DNA of 64,000 nt, from NCBI GenBank assembly GCA_951406725.2, contig OX597834.1, positions 46,500,001 through 46,564,000 on the forward strand, read 5' to 3'. Positions within the stretch are counted from its first letter, which is position 1, and each line of letters begins with the position of its first letter. This DNA comes from Octopus vulgaris (lineage: Eukaryota). This document shows, one piece after another, positions 25,948 through 39,412 of this stretch. Under the pieces are notes generated by a model. It had not been told where the DNA came from, did not search any database, and worked only from the letters and a program-made list of their open reading frames with translations. A program made the translations under genes and the position numbers.

Positions 25948-26591
25948 GTAGGCAATTCTGTCAATTACGTCTGTTTATTTTTCTGTCGGTTTTTCCCCCC
26001 GACAAATTGATTGATGGTTAGTATTTCGAGAAATGGAAAACCAAGTACAAACCTCATTAGCTTAGTCTGATCTGAGATATTAACGAAAAGATTAACTCTG
26101 CATCGATAATATTTCAGTAAAACATTTAACACTTTAAATTTCCTGTAACGCCCAAATAATTAGAGATCAACCGGAGAACTAAATGTAACGCCGCGGACGA
26201 TCAAATATTGCAGTTGAGCTGAACTTTCTCGGCTGATGATGAACTGTGTTACTGGGTCAGGTCAACGCCATATCAGTAACATTTTAATATTAGGGCCAAT
26301 GAGCTCTTGTTTATGGATCTGTTTTCAGTGAAGGAAAGTGTGTGTGTGAAGACAATTTCTTCGTCTTCATCTTAAGACTGGTCAGACTGAGTGGATCTAC
26401 CCTGAGCATGCTACGTTGGAAGAAAGAAACAGGCAGACGGCATTTCCCATGTTTCCTTGGGTAAGGGCAGAGTAGTCTGGAGTCTTTTGCGTAGGGCTTT
26501 CCCCAAGTTACCCGAAGTGGACTGCCCCGCTCTTGGGAATTTTAGTTACTTATTTATTTATTATTTCTCTAACTTCTAATTATATATACTA

Positions 26592-26756
26592 GGCGCAGGA
26601 GTGGGTGTGTGGTAAGTAGGCTGCTTATCAACCATATGGTTCCGGGTTCAGTTCCAATGCGTGGCACCTTGGGTAAGTGTCTTCTACTATAGCCTCGGGC
26701 CGACAAAAGCCTTGTGAGTGGATTTGGTAGACGGAAACTGAAAGAAGCCCGTCGTA
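26592..26756 (+). mobile_element. SINE family A, 5' half
   Basis: Clear head and CORE-like segment ending in (TA)n. Confidence 0.85.
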
Positions 26757-26762
26757 TATATG

Positions 26763-26795
<33 letters not shown>

Positions 26796-26803
26796 GTATA
26801 TAC

Positions 26804-26844
<41 letters not shown>

Positions 26845-26877
26845 ATATATATATATATATATATATTTTTTTTTTTC

Positions 26878-27355
26878 TAGTTTCAGCTCAGAGCTGCGGC
26901 CATGCTGATGCACCGCCGTTTTGTACTACACTGTTATTACGAAGAATCCCCTCTAATATGTGGCACTTGGTGAAGAATAGAGTTTGATATAGCTACTCTC
27001 ATTTGCACCTCTTGCCGTGAGGTAGGTTCATCTGGGTCTCTTGACAGGAAGATGTCCAGCTTTGATTTAAAAACCGCTACATCTACTTTGTGCAAGTTCC
27101 TCAGACTCTTTGGGAGAATATTAAAAAGCTGTGGGCCCTTGAAACCCAGGCTGGTGCAGAAGCTGGTCCTGAAGCGTGATGGCATTGCTGGGATCTTTGG
27201 CACTATGCAGTGTCGTCCCGTTCTAGCATTGGTGTAGCTTACAATGCAAAAATTTGGCACAATTCCTTCCAGGATCTTCCAGACATATATTACTGCATAC
27301 CTCTCCCGTCTTCTCTCCAGGGAGTAGAGTCTTAGCTGTTTCAACCTTTCCCAGT
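26878..27355 (-). mobile_element. CR1-group LINE 3' fragment (ORF2 C-terminus plus 3' UTR)
   Basis: LYSLERRRERY..IYVWKIL, RTGRHC, GPQLFNILP and FKSKLDIFL motifs typical of CR1/L2-group ORF2 ends. Confidence 0.85.
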
Positions 27356-27379
27356 ATATATGTATATATATATATATAT

Positions 27380-27610
27380 AAGTTCAGCAAAGTTTAGATT
27401 CAGATGAATATAGTACTTAAGTTAAAGGCACCAGAATTTTGTATGGTATTATCCATATAAATCAAATGGAGTGATTATAATCAAAATAAACAGCAAAGAT
27501 ATCCAAGGTAGAGTAGTACAATCGTTCGAGGCTACTTCATTTTATTAAACACTGTAAGTATTACATCAGTTTTAAAATGTCGAGCAATCTTCAGCCACAT
27601 ATAGAATTTT
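27380..27610 (-). mobile_element. Penelope-like family A copy with degenerate hammerhead (27513-27598)
   Basis: Colinear with both parts of 14721-15002. Confidence 0.65.
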
Positions 27611-28392
27611 ATAATTAAACGGACAATGCACAGTTTTATACTTATTTCATTTGCCAACATTACAAAGAGGGTAGATATATAGACAGAGAGGTTAATTTCA
27701 TCATTAAGAACATGGTGGTAGTATGTCCTTCTCCATCTGTAAATACATCGGTAAATGATCGTATTAAATGTCTTTACATATTGAGTTCGAATCTCGTCGA
27801 GGTCAACTTGGCCTTTTTATTGATCCTGAATCGAAAACAAACATGAACCCCCCCACCCTCAAGCCCCACGGTCAAATAGTAGAGCTGATATTCTCTACTG
27901 CAGCCTGCCTCCTAAAGTTTCTGGCCTGGGAGTCTGAAGCTCAATCATAGATTTCAGAGCAATGGAGGAGGAAGTGGAGGAGGGCGAGGAGAAGAAAGGA
28001 GAGGGGGAGGGGGAGGAAGAGGGGGAAGAACAGGGCAGGAGGGTTGGGAAGAGGAGAGGAGTGGGACTGAGGAGGAGCTAGGAGTAGGAGAAGAACAAAG
28101 AGAACAAGAAGGAGGGGGAGGAGAAAAACAACAATAATGAGGAATAGGAGGACGAAACGTAAGATGAAAAGAGTGATCTTGGTGGCTAGAAATAAAAGTT
28201 AAATCTTCTTCAAATTACACACTGCGATCTTAAAATAAAAAAAAAAACAAGAAAAAAAATACAATTTGGATATTTTAGTTCTAGATAGATATGGATACAT
28301 AAACACATCTGTAAATGTATGTATGTGTATGCATATGTATATACACACATACGTATATACATGAATATATATGTATATACATACATATAAGC

Positions 28393-28435
<43 letters not shown>

Positions 28436-28526
28436 CTAGAAACGTCAATGACTTTCTCACCTTCCCGAGCGTCATACTAATTAACCTGCTTGCTGTTTAT
28501 ACACCTGTCTTCGTCTTTTGTTTTTC

Positions 28527-28569
<43 letters not shown>

Positions 28570-29146
28570 CATATATACATACATACATATATATGTGTGT
28601 GTGTGTGTGTCCGTATATACATATACATATATGTATGTATTACGCACACATACACAGAGACTCATACACGCACGCAAGACGATAAGAATCGGATTGACCA
28701 ACGTAAGAATGCATATATTATGATGGGTCTGTTTGATTCAGGGCCGGCCCAGGGCTATACATCAACAATAGCAACAACAACAACAGCAACAACAACAACA
28801 GCAACAACAACAACAAGTACAACAACACCCTGAAGAAGAATAAGGATAAGCCTTAGCCTAAGTAAGCAACAGGTTTTTATAAGTAGATCAAACAAAAGAT
28901 TTATACAGGTAAAACACAACTGAAGAAGGTATTGTTAGGTGTTGTATATTAGTGTATATATGTATATATGGTGGTGGTGGTGGTGGTGGTGGTGGTATGG
29001 GGTTATAGTAGGACTTCAGTTGGTAACAGCTGGTGTGTTTCTTTATATCGCTCTCTTCCTCTCTCTTTCTGTCGTTATCTCTCTCTCTCTCTCTCTCTCC
29101 CTCGCTTTCTCACACACAAGCACCATACATACGCAAGAAAACTTGT

Positions 29147-29177
<31 letters not shown>

Positions 29178-29192
29178 CACAGACAGACACAC

Positions 29193-29271
<79 letters not shown>

Positions 29272-30073
29272 CAGACCTCTATATATTTATATATACATAA
29301 ACACACGGTAAAGGATTTCCTTCGTTCAGCAATGAGGAATCGGTTCTTCAATCACTTGAATTACCTGATCTTGAATTCAACATGTTGCAATCACGTGTAC
29401 TCTTAATGTAATTCCCCAGGCAGAATCCACCACATGATTCGGTGTGTGACAAGACAGTACCTTATCAATTACAGGTACAATGCAGGCGATGGGATTATAC
29501 ACAGTTTCCATCAACCCAGATTCACTTATTACATGTTGGCCAATCGGAGGTTATAGATAAGGACATACACCCAAAACGCTCCCCTGCAAAATCGTGCATG
29601 GAACATTGTGGCCGCAAAATGGAACTTCATAATCATTCGGTTATACTGCGTTAATACATACATACATATACATACATACATACAAATATACAAACATACA
29701 TACATACATACATACATACATACAAATATACAAACATACATACATACATACATACATACATACATACATACATACATACATGCATGCATACATACATACA
29801 AACATACATAACTACATGCATACATACATACATACAAGCATGCATACACACATACATGCATGCATACATACATACATACATACATACATACATACATACA
29901 TACATACATACATACATACATACATACATACATACATACATGCATACCCTGTTGTTGATGCTGAAATTCCAACGAAAGAGTCTTCGATCTAGGTTAGAAA
30001 CCGGCTCTTTCTCCACTGGCAGCAAATAAAACTGAATGACATACATACATACTTTATACATACTATATACATT

Positions 30074-30104
<31 letters not shown>

Positions 30105-30131
30105 TGGTATGTGCACGCACGTGTGTGTGTA

Positions 30132-30268
30132 GGCGTGGCTGTGTGGTAAAATGTTTGCTTCGCAACCACACACTTCCGGGTTCAGTTCCACTACGAGACA
30201 CCTGGGGCCAGTGTCTTCTACTGAATCCGGAGGTCGACGAAAACTTTGTGAGTAGATTTCGTAGACGA
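30132..30268 (+). mobile_element. SINE family A, 5' half
   Basis: GGCGTGGCTGTGTGGTAAAA...TTCCGGGTTCAGTTCCACT. Confidence 0.7.
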
Positions 30269-30627
30269 TATGACATATATAAGGTAAGATCCAGCTATCA
30301 AGGTGTAGGAAGTTAGTAAGCTTCGTGCAGTCTGTAGAAGGTAAATAAGAAAAACAACTTTCAGGAACATTAGTGTTTTATTGGCGTCGAAGGTTGTAAA
30401 TATTTCGCATATCGAAGTTTGATGGGCTGAATGACCAGTGAGTTAACATGGGATCCCTTGACGAGAACGTAAACCTCTTTTGATTAAGGTACCTTTGATC
30501 CGACGAGTAGCTAGCGGATTACCCCACGTTTGGAATATTTACTACTTCCGAGGTTCTGCTAGCTATGAAGCATATGTAGCCCGGATTTTATCTATTCCAT
30601 TCCTTAATTTTGGTTTTATATATATAA

Positions 30628-30760
<133 letters not shown>

Positions 30761-30769
30761 AAGATAGAT

Positions 30770-30828
<59 letters not shown>

Positions 30829-30882
30829 TACAAAGATAGATAGAGGTGTTTTGTGTGTTTGTAGATGCACATACATACATAT

Positions 30883-30913
<31 letters not shown>

Positions 30914-31699
30914 CATACATACATACATACATACATACATACATACATACATACATACATACATACATACATCATTTACACAAAAACCTAGAAATCCTAG
31001 GTTTTTCAAAGAAGGAGTAAAAGAAAGTGACACGGATCCCTCCAAATTCAATCTATTAATGGCATAGTGATGATTTGTAAGACATTCCAAAGATTCTTCA
31101 TCTGAAATTCTTCAGGTGAATAAATCCACATACTAGGGACTGTGGCATCCACAGCTCAACCACACATTTACAAACGCCGGGAAATCTCTTGGCGCAAAAT
31201 GTCTTGCTGCTTTGTTAGCGACCGGCTTCAACTGTTTCAATAAGAACTTAAATAAAACACAAAAAGAAAATACATACATATGGCAAGTTAAAATTAAAAT
31301 ATATGACACAAAAATGGTATTTAGTTATTTCTAACTCTGTGTATACTGCAGTTTATCTGAAGAAAGTCCTGTTGTCGTTCACATAGCATTTGTTTAGAAT
31401 TCAAGGGTCTCAAGTACGTCACAGAGTACAACGGATATAGATAACGGAATAAAACAAGATAGATTGGGGATATAATGTTTTAGAAACAATCTCTTGATTA
31501 CTTGCTTTTTCTTCTTATGTTTACATTTAAAGGCGTCAGTGGTTTTTGGAATGGATTCAACGTGGAGGCCACGCGTGCATTACAATTACGTCCAACATTA
31601 CATCATGTGTATGTTTGTATGTCTGTGTGTGTATGTATAATGTACATATATATGTATACACACATATTTAAATAAAAACATAAAATGTGACCTCGTGTG

Positions 31700-31895
31700 T
31701 ACCGTTGGCGATATTTTTTTCCTCTGTCTTCCCTTCTCTGGATCTTTCCTTCTCCTATGTTTCCGACGAAGAGCTCCACTCGAAACGTTAAACCCTCCTT
31801 CTTTCCTTCTTTCCTGACCGTCCAATAATACTATATTTGTTCTACGTCCTCGCGTTGTTGTGTTTTTTTGTGCTTTCTTGTTTGGATTAACTTCA
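31700..31895 (+). mobile_element. Penelope-like family C copy with mutated hammerhead (31759-31793)
   Basis: GTTT-CCGACGA-AGAGCTCCACTC-GAAACGTT-AAAC; similar to 4940-5121. Confidence 0.6.
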
Positions 31896-32384
31896 TATAT
31901 ATATATATATATATGTTTTTATTTAAATATGTGTGTATCCATATCTATGTACATTTTTGGATCCATTCCAAAAACCACTTACGCCTTTAAATGTAAACAT
32001 AAGAAGAAAAACCAAGTAAGCAACTACAAGGTCCGTCACCCTGCTAAAAGTAGCAACGAAATTTCCTCCACCACATTCTAGCATCTTAAGAAACAGAAAG
32101 AAATATAGGATGGAATATAGAAAAAGGCGGGATGGAGAGGAGTAAAGATCATTTCGTTTTAGATCAACATGGTCAAGTATGGCCTAGGGCTAAAAAACGT
32201 AACAAAGGATGATGTATTCATAGAAACATACTTAGTCATATTGACTGAGCGAAGTAAGCTGTTTGTTTGATTAGTTGATAACAAATGCATGTAGGTACAT
32301 GTCTTTGGTGACTGTACACACAGACCTATACGCAGATATACATACCTATATCTAAATAGATATATACGTGTGTACGTGTATGTG

Positions 32385-32432
<48 letters not shown>

Positions 32433-32440
32433 TACATACA

Positions 32441-32488
<48 letters not shown>

Positions 32489-32512
32489 TAAATACATACA
32501 TATATACATACA

Positions 32513-32615
<103 letters not shown>

Positions 32616-33117
32616 GTGTGTATATCCAGTACCGGGTTTACCATTGTGCTTGGATGTGCTTAAGCACGGGGCCCCGTTGACCAGGACCCCTTGGCCAGCA
32701 GGGCCCTGTCCAAGTAAGGGGCCTCATAACTTAACTTGTACAGGCCAATTTGTCCTAAGATTGACATTAATATTTATGTATTTGACAATTACGAAAAGTT
32801 TTGTTACTACTTCGCCAACACTGGTAGCCTAATCGAACTGAGTATATAAACAAACACGAGATATATATATATATATATATATACATACATACATACAGAC
32901 ACACATATACATATATTATACATATTAATTCACAGTATTTGTAAGCTTCGGCGACGCGGAGGTGTGCATCCAGAGAAGTGGCTCTGATGAAGTCATAAAA
33001 TGTCGAACTGGCATTTACCAGCTGGAACACGCTTTCCTGGAGCCGAAACAGCAACAGGCTAATGGGAGTTTCCATTCGTTTTTTGTTTATGTATATATAC
33101 GAAAATGTGTGTGTGTA

Positions 33118-33174
<57 letters not shown>

Positions 33175-33992
33175 TCATTTATACGTATGCATGTATATGT
33201 ATATGTATATATATATGTATATATATTGCGTGCCTATGACTATTATAATATTCACACATATATTTCCGGATATGTGAATGTGAGAATGTATGTGTACATG
33301 TATGTTTGTGTGCGTTTATCTATACTGGTACGTGTACACACACACATCTATATGTATATATGTGTGTGTGTGTGTAGTGTACATATATGTATATGCATAT
33401 GTATGGGTATTTATGTATGTGTGTGTGCGTGTATATATATATATATATATATACAGCCTTTCTATGTCTGTAGTTTTAGTTATATACATATGAGCGGTCG
33501 GGTGCCCCGGCTTGTGTGCCTGTATGCGCGTACGCGTGGCCTTATTCGCCTGGATGTAAAATAACAGTAGAATGCGTTGGTTTTGTTTGTTTTTCTCTTA
33601 CCTGCGATGCCATAACTGTCAACCGCCAACAGAACGCCCGTGTCTGTACTGAGGACACGCTCACATAGAGTCACTGAGGTGGTGGGAGGAGAGTAGTGGG
33701 CAGAGGAAAGCTAACAGGTAAAGTGGTCGATTGTTCAAGGCTACGCTTACGAACGCACACGCACAGACACACACATATATCACACACACACACACACACA
33801 CACACGATCACACAGGCGGTATTGCTGAGTGCGTGTGAGTGGATGTGTGTGTATGTGTGTGTGTGTGTGTGTAACATATGTAATATGTCAGTCACACAAG
33901 GCCACAGACAGATAAGATACGAGCGCGTACGGACTCCCACGCCAAACAACACATATATACATATATATATATATATAGATAGATAGATAGAT

Positions 33993-34158
<166 letters not shown>

Positions 34159-34175
34159 TTATAGATAGATAGATA

Positions 34176-35560
34176 TGTTTCTTTATTAGCCACACAGGGC
34201 TGCACACAGACAGGACAAATTACAAGGTAGAGCTTTTCTCTTGGGGGTAAAAAAAGGGGGTTTGGTTTTCGATCAAAAGGGATCGTAAAAGGAAAGAAAG
34301 AGGACAAAAAAATAAGGGAAAGGAAAAGAAGGGGAAAGGAAAAAAAATTTATCAATAGGGATCGTTATCACAGAAATGTCAATATAAAGTGTAAAGGGGA
34401 GGACAGGTGAGGTTTACCCGTGGAAAGAAAAGCCTACGGAAAAGACCACGGTAACCTCGGTCAATGGAGTCACATGTTATATTTTTTTGCAAATAAGCAA
34501 CTCTCTGTATTAATTTTTACGGTTCATAGAATCATAGTCAAGGTGGCTTCGTCATTCATACGTGCCATCCTTGCTACATTCACCCATCTTTTTTAAAACA
34601 TTCACTAGACAAAACTTGCCTCTCTACTCTCACTTTCCTCTTCAAGTGATACTTGAAGAAGTTGATGAGAGATTGACCAGAGAGGAAAGTGTTTGTCTCT
34701 AATCCTTTCAGGCGCGTCCACCAGATACATTCTTTCACCATAGCCACAAGTATGATAAAAATAGCTCTTCCTTCCCGTTTGAAGGAAGGAGGTGTGACGA
34801 TATTAACGATAGACTCGGCTGATAAACTGACACGTCCCACACGTGACAGCAGTCGTTCGATATAAACCCACAGGTCGGAGATTGTTGGACACTGCACGAT
34901 TGCGTGCAGAACGGTTTCGTCGCTCTGCCCGCATCTCGGGCAGGTCGGCCCCGTGTTTCCCGAGCCATGCCTATAAAGCTTATCCCGAATGGGTAGCGCT
35001 TCTCGGTAGCACTGCCAGGCCAGGGATCTCTGGAAGTTGTCCATAGGTCCCGGCCCGAAAGTCGTTTCAAACAGGCGGGTCAGGTATTCCTCGTCGACGC
35101 CCAGGTTTGCCCCAAGATCGTCGTCGTACCTCCCCTCCACTAATCCCCTATAGAATGCTTTGGTTGTGTTGAAGTCACTCAAAGTCGACCCGGGACGACA
35201 GAGTTGCTTTAGAGCAACGCGACACTCGCGGTGCCATTCGCCCTTCCTCGGCCTCTTTTTGATCCACGACTGCAGTTCGGTCATGGAGACGAGCTGCGGG
35301 AACGCGTGCCTCACAAACGGCGACCACACCTGTTCACCTTCGTCTACATAGAGCCGGAGATGTCGCAGTCTCAGCGCGTGTCTGCGCATCATCAACCATG
35401 GTATGCCCAGCCCTCCTTTTAACGGGTGTTGACAGCAAATGGTTCGCCTGACCATCGGGACGCATCCTTTCCACAAGAAGCGGAAGAGAATGCGTTCTAG
35501 TTTGGTGATGGTAGGGTCGGGACAAGGTACGACGGTCAGGCGGTAGTAGATGATGGACGC
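34176..35560 (-). mobile_element. 5'-truncated Tx1/L1-clade LINE inside (GATA)n
   Basis: ORF2 C-terminal region (RFLWKG, KGGLGIP, zinc finger CPRCGQSDETVLHAIVQC), open for about 980 bp; 3' end GGCTAATAAAGAAA; GATA arrays on both sides. Confidence 0.92.
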
Positions 35561-35561
35561 G

Positions 35562-35632
<71 letters not shown>

Positions 35633-35634
35633 CT

Positions 35635-35874
35635 TTAGTGTAAGCTGGGTATATTTGGCACCCGGTAAGTGTGGTCGGATCAAGAAGTAATGCTTCTACC
35701 CAGATGGCTGGGTTTCTTGCCCTACTATGTGATATTAAATTTGTAAACTTTATATTGTAAATATTGTACACATACTGTAGATACTAAAACGTTTTAAGCT
35801 ACTACACCCTTTATGTTTGTATTTGTATTTTTCCCTCTTTGTAACGGCTAATGGCGAATTTTCATGAAATAAAA
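35635..35874 (+). mobile_element. Short 3' fragment of a Tx1-family LINE related to 35888-39412
   Basis: AAGCTGGG..T.TTTGGCACC.GGTAAGTG and the terminal ATGAAATAAA are shared with 39129-39411. Confidence 0.7.
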
Positions 35875-36124
35875 TAGTTTGCTTACCTCTGTCGTGGAAA
35901 GACGTGTTTTTGTTTTTTTGGCGCTGAGTCAAACGTTTTGTTGCGCGTGGATAATTTTTTCTATTGGAATTGTTGTCTATTGTTGAATATTTTCGAAATG
36001 TTGAACATTGCAGAACTTGGGAAATTTTTGTGCTTTTTCCCGGTGACGGGAGAAAATAATTGTTGAAATATTGAAATTATTATTAATATTGAATTTATTA
36101 ATATTATTAATATTGAACTTATTA

Positions 36125-36385
36125 AAGCCGTTGTAGGCTTTATTGTCGTGCCCCCCCCCAGCGGGGGTGGCATTTGAACTGTTATCCTCATTAAGAGGAA
36201 AAAATATTATAGGTTTCCCGTTTTTGGGGATAAGCAATTTATTATTGCGAGAAAAATTAAATTTCAGCCGATGTAGGCTCTATTGTGGCATCCGCCACTA
36301 GCGTGGGTGAGATTTGAACTGTTGTCCTCGTTGTGAGGAAAAAAAAAGTAAAAAATTATAGGTTTCCCTTTTTCTGGGATTAAAT
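36125..36385 (+). repeat. Two diverged direct repeats of about 110-120 bp in the LINE 5' UTR
   Basis: AGCCG.TGTAGGCT.TATTGT...ATTTGAACTGTT.TCCTC...ATTATAGGTTTCCC occurs twice. Confidence 0.8.
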
Positions 36386-36410
36386 TGTGTATCATTTATT
36401 TCGAACGAAT

Positions 36411-37148
36411 ATGTCGGTCGAAATAATCCCAGAAACGAACCAGCTGCATGAACCAGCAAAAAAGTTCGCGGCAGTAACCGCTGTCTCTTCTAAAGATATT
36501 GTATTAGTAACGGAGAAGCTCTCCGAGCTTTTTGAGAGAATAAAAGAGGAGGGTGGGGATATGAAAATCTTACCCTTCCCTAGTGTTGAAAATCTGAAGA
36601 GAAGGACAGTCGTTTACAAAACGTACTGTCCTTCATCGAAGAAATTCAAGCACTTCGAAAAGTGCGAAATAGAAAAATGCCTGGCCCCTATATGGAAAGA
36701 TATAAAATACATAGCGAGGGTTCGGGCATATGGAACAATAGCGGCCAGATTTGAGACGGCTGAAAAAGCCCAAGAGCACTCAGTGAGTCCTCTGAAAACG
36801 AAGGAGGTGGTGCTGCTCCGAACATACATGGGAAGGAGAACAGCACGCGTCCGAATAAACGAAGTACCACCAGAAATTGAGGCAAGGGAGGTGATGGCCG
36901 CCCTGTTGTATAACAGGACGGACAAAATCACCTTCCTTCAAATTACATGCACTTCCCCACAATGTTGGCAAGGGCAGAGCATCTCTGCGATTATTAAAGG
37001 AACGCAACAAGACATCGAAATACTACCAGAAAGAGTGCTCTTGGGGGAAGATATTGCCCTCAAGATTCAAGTAGAGGGCAAAAAGCCCACGTGTTTCGAA
37101 TGTGGCAAAAAAGGCCACATTCGCGTAGAATGTGAAAAATGGAAGTAA
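36411..37148 (+). CDS. LINE ORF1 (gag-like, CCHC zinc knuckle), probably prematurely stopped
   Basis: CFECGKKGHIRVEC = CX2CX4HX4C; P/T/K-rich coding-like sequence continues past the stop. Confidence 0.75.
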   Translation: MSVEIIPETNQLHEPAKKFAAVTAVSSKDIVLVTEKLSELFERIKEEGGDMKILPFPSVENLKRRTVVYKTYCPSSKKFKHFEKCEIEKCLAPIWKDIKYIARVRAYGTIAARFETAEKAQEHSVSPLKTKEVVLLRTYMGRRTARVRINEVPPEIEAREVMAALLYNRTDKITFLQITCTSPQCWQGQSISAIIKGTQQDIEILPERVLLGEDIALKIQVEGKKPTCFECGKKGHIRVECEKWK

Positions 37149-37539
37149 AAAATAAGTGCGCAGACATCAGACCCTTCAACTACAGAAAAAAACCCTAAAC
37201 CCGCACACAAATTAACTCCCACAGAAACAAATACTTCCACCCCACCATCTGTGGAACCCGCTCCCAAACAAAACACACAAAAACCCCCAGGCCATTCACA
37301 CACCGGTCCCGACAGAAACAAATGCACCCACCCTCTCTGAAGTAACAACTCCTCTGGAAGACACCATGGAGGTGACCGAGGGGGAGTTCAAGACACCCAG
37401 AAAAAAGAGAACATATGCACCTTCCCCATCCATATCCCCCACAAAGAAAAAAGAAGAAAAACAGCACACCACAGAGAAAAAAGATCCCGCTCCACTGTCC
37501 CAGAAGAAAAAATAAAAAAGAACAAAGACGGAACAAAAA

Positions 37540-39150
37540 CTATCGGTACTTGGTGGCGGTCCTCGAGAAGGCTGGCCTGGGCCCGACCTTTCGCGGTTGG
37601 ATTGCTGCGTTGTACAGCGACATCGAGTCCGTCATAAAAGTGAATGGTTTCCTTTCGAAGCTATTCAGGATCGAGCGCTCAGTACGTCAGGGGTGTCCCC
37701 TGTCCCCGCTTTTGTATGTACTGGCCCTCGAGCCATTATTGCGGAAGTTGGAGCCACTAGGGGGCGCACCGCATGATCTATGGTGTGGAAGAGGAGCTAT
37801 GGTGTATGCAGATGACAGTTCCTTCATCGTGGCAGATGGGGGCCAGCTTCCAGTGGTGGAAGAAGCTATCAAAAGTTACGAGGCGGTGGCCGGAGCAAAG
37901 GTTAACAAGGACAAGTCAATTGGTTTGCAGCTCGGCACCTGGAGGGGCAAGCCGATGCCGTCCAATAACGTCGTGGAGCGTTGGACGGAAGGTCCTGTTA
38001 AGCTGCTCGGAGTCTGGTTCGGGCCAGACCTCCAGATTGAGAAAAATTGGAGTGAGGTGGCCAACAAGGTGACCGCTCTAATCCAGACTTGGTCTGGGCG
38101 GGCGTTATCCCTGCTAGGGAAGGCGGAGGTGGTGCAGATGTTTATAGCATCGGTTATTACCTACCGTCTGACCATGTTGCCTTGCCCCGATTTGTGGATG
38201 AATAAGTTGGAAAGAATCTTTTTCCACTTTTTGTGGAAGGGAGGAAAGCCACTCGTGAAGCGCTGTGTCTGCTGCCAGAAACCGCTAAAGGGTGGGCTAG
38301 GAATGCCTTGGCTGAGGATGCGAAAATTCGCGTTAAGTTTGAGGCACCTCTGGCTTTATCTGGATGGAGAGCAGGTGTAGTCACCGCACGTTCGGTTCTA
38401 CCTTCCGCAATTAACGTCCTTAACGGACATTGGTAATTAGATCAAGCAGAGACCTAGGCTGGAGGACTGGCAATTGGAGTGCCTCCAGGCACTTCAGCTA
38501 CTCACTCGGGCGGGCAATGCCGACAACAAGAGTTCCACCGCGGATTTCTATAGTGGGTTAGTGGAGGTTAAGTCCGAAGACGCCTTGGGGGAGATCCTGG
38601 GCTACGACGAAAATCAGTTAATCAACCTGTTCCGGAGAAATTTCGGGCCAGGGCATCTGGACAATTACCAGAAATCTCTGGCTTGGCAGTGCTTCCGTGC
38701 GGCGTTACCTGTTCGTGATAAACTGGAAGGCACGGAAGTGCCGTCTCGCCGACATGTCCGAGGTGTGGGCAGGACAGGGAAACCGTCTTGCACGCATTTG
38801 TGGAGTGTCCGGAATTAACGAGACTGATAGTTTTCGTAGAGCAACTGTTGTCATCGATGAGAAGAGTACAGCTATCAGCTGAATCTATCATCGAGATTGT
38901 GCCGTCTCCTGCCCTTAACAGGGAAAGGAAGGCTTGCTTTTTCTGTGTAGTAGCCATACTGAAAGAAACAGTATGGAAGACGCGCGTGAGAGGCATAGTG
39001 TCGGGTACCTTTGTATCTGGCCAGGGGTTGGTTAACATTTTTAGTTACCACCTCATTATAAGATCAGGCTGGAGAAAAGGTACCTGTCACGAGACAGATT
39101 CATGAGAAGATGGAAGCCTGTGGCGAGGAAGCTGGGAGTGTTTGGCACCA
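37540..39150 (+). pseudogene. LINE ORF2 remnant (RT C-terminal half plus zinc finger)
   Basis: RT motifs, GGLGMP and C-terminal homology to the 34580-35560 ORF; stops and frameshifts; no endonuclease or RT N-terminus. Confidence 0.9.
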
Positions 39151-39412
39151 GGTAAGTGGAAGCCAAAAACAGGAAAGAAAAAGCAAGGTGTCTACCCTGG
39201 TGGTCAGATGCCTATCCTTCAGAGAAGCCATTACAAATTTCATTTGTAATGAGCAACGCTTAAGTCAAAAGCGAAAAACGAATTTATTAAATTATTGTAT
39301 ATTTTAAATTGTAAATATTTCATCGCTATAGCTACTTCACCCATTTATGTTTGTCTGTTCTTGTTCGCCCCCTGTTTGTAATGCCTTCATGGCAAATATT
39401 TATGAAATAAAC

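Larger units (their letters stand above)
35888..39412 (+). mobile_element. Tx1/L1-clade LINE with 5' UTR, ORF1 and internally deleted ORF2
   Basis: 5' GGAAAGACGTG motif, CCHC ORF1, RT motifs RQGCPLSPLLY and YADD, C-terminal zinc finger, ATGAAATAAA end, 13-bp TSD. Confidence 0.9.

Noticed and set aside
35561-35683. N-terminus of the 367-aa minus-strand ORF
   Set aside because: Read-through across (GATA)n and an unrelated LINE fragment; not part of ORF2.
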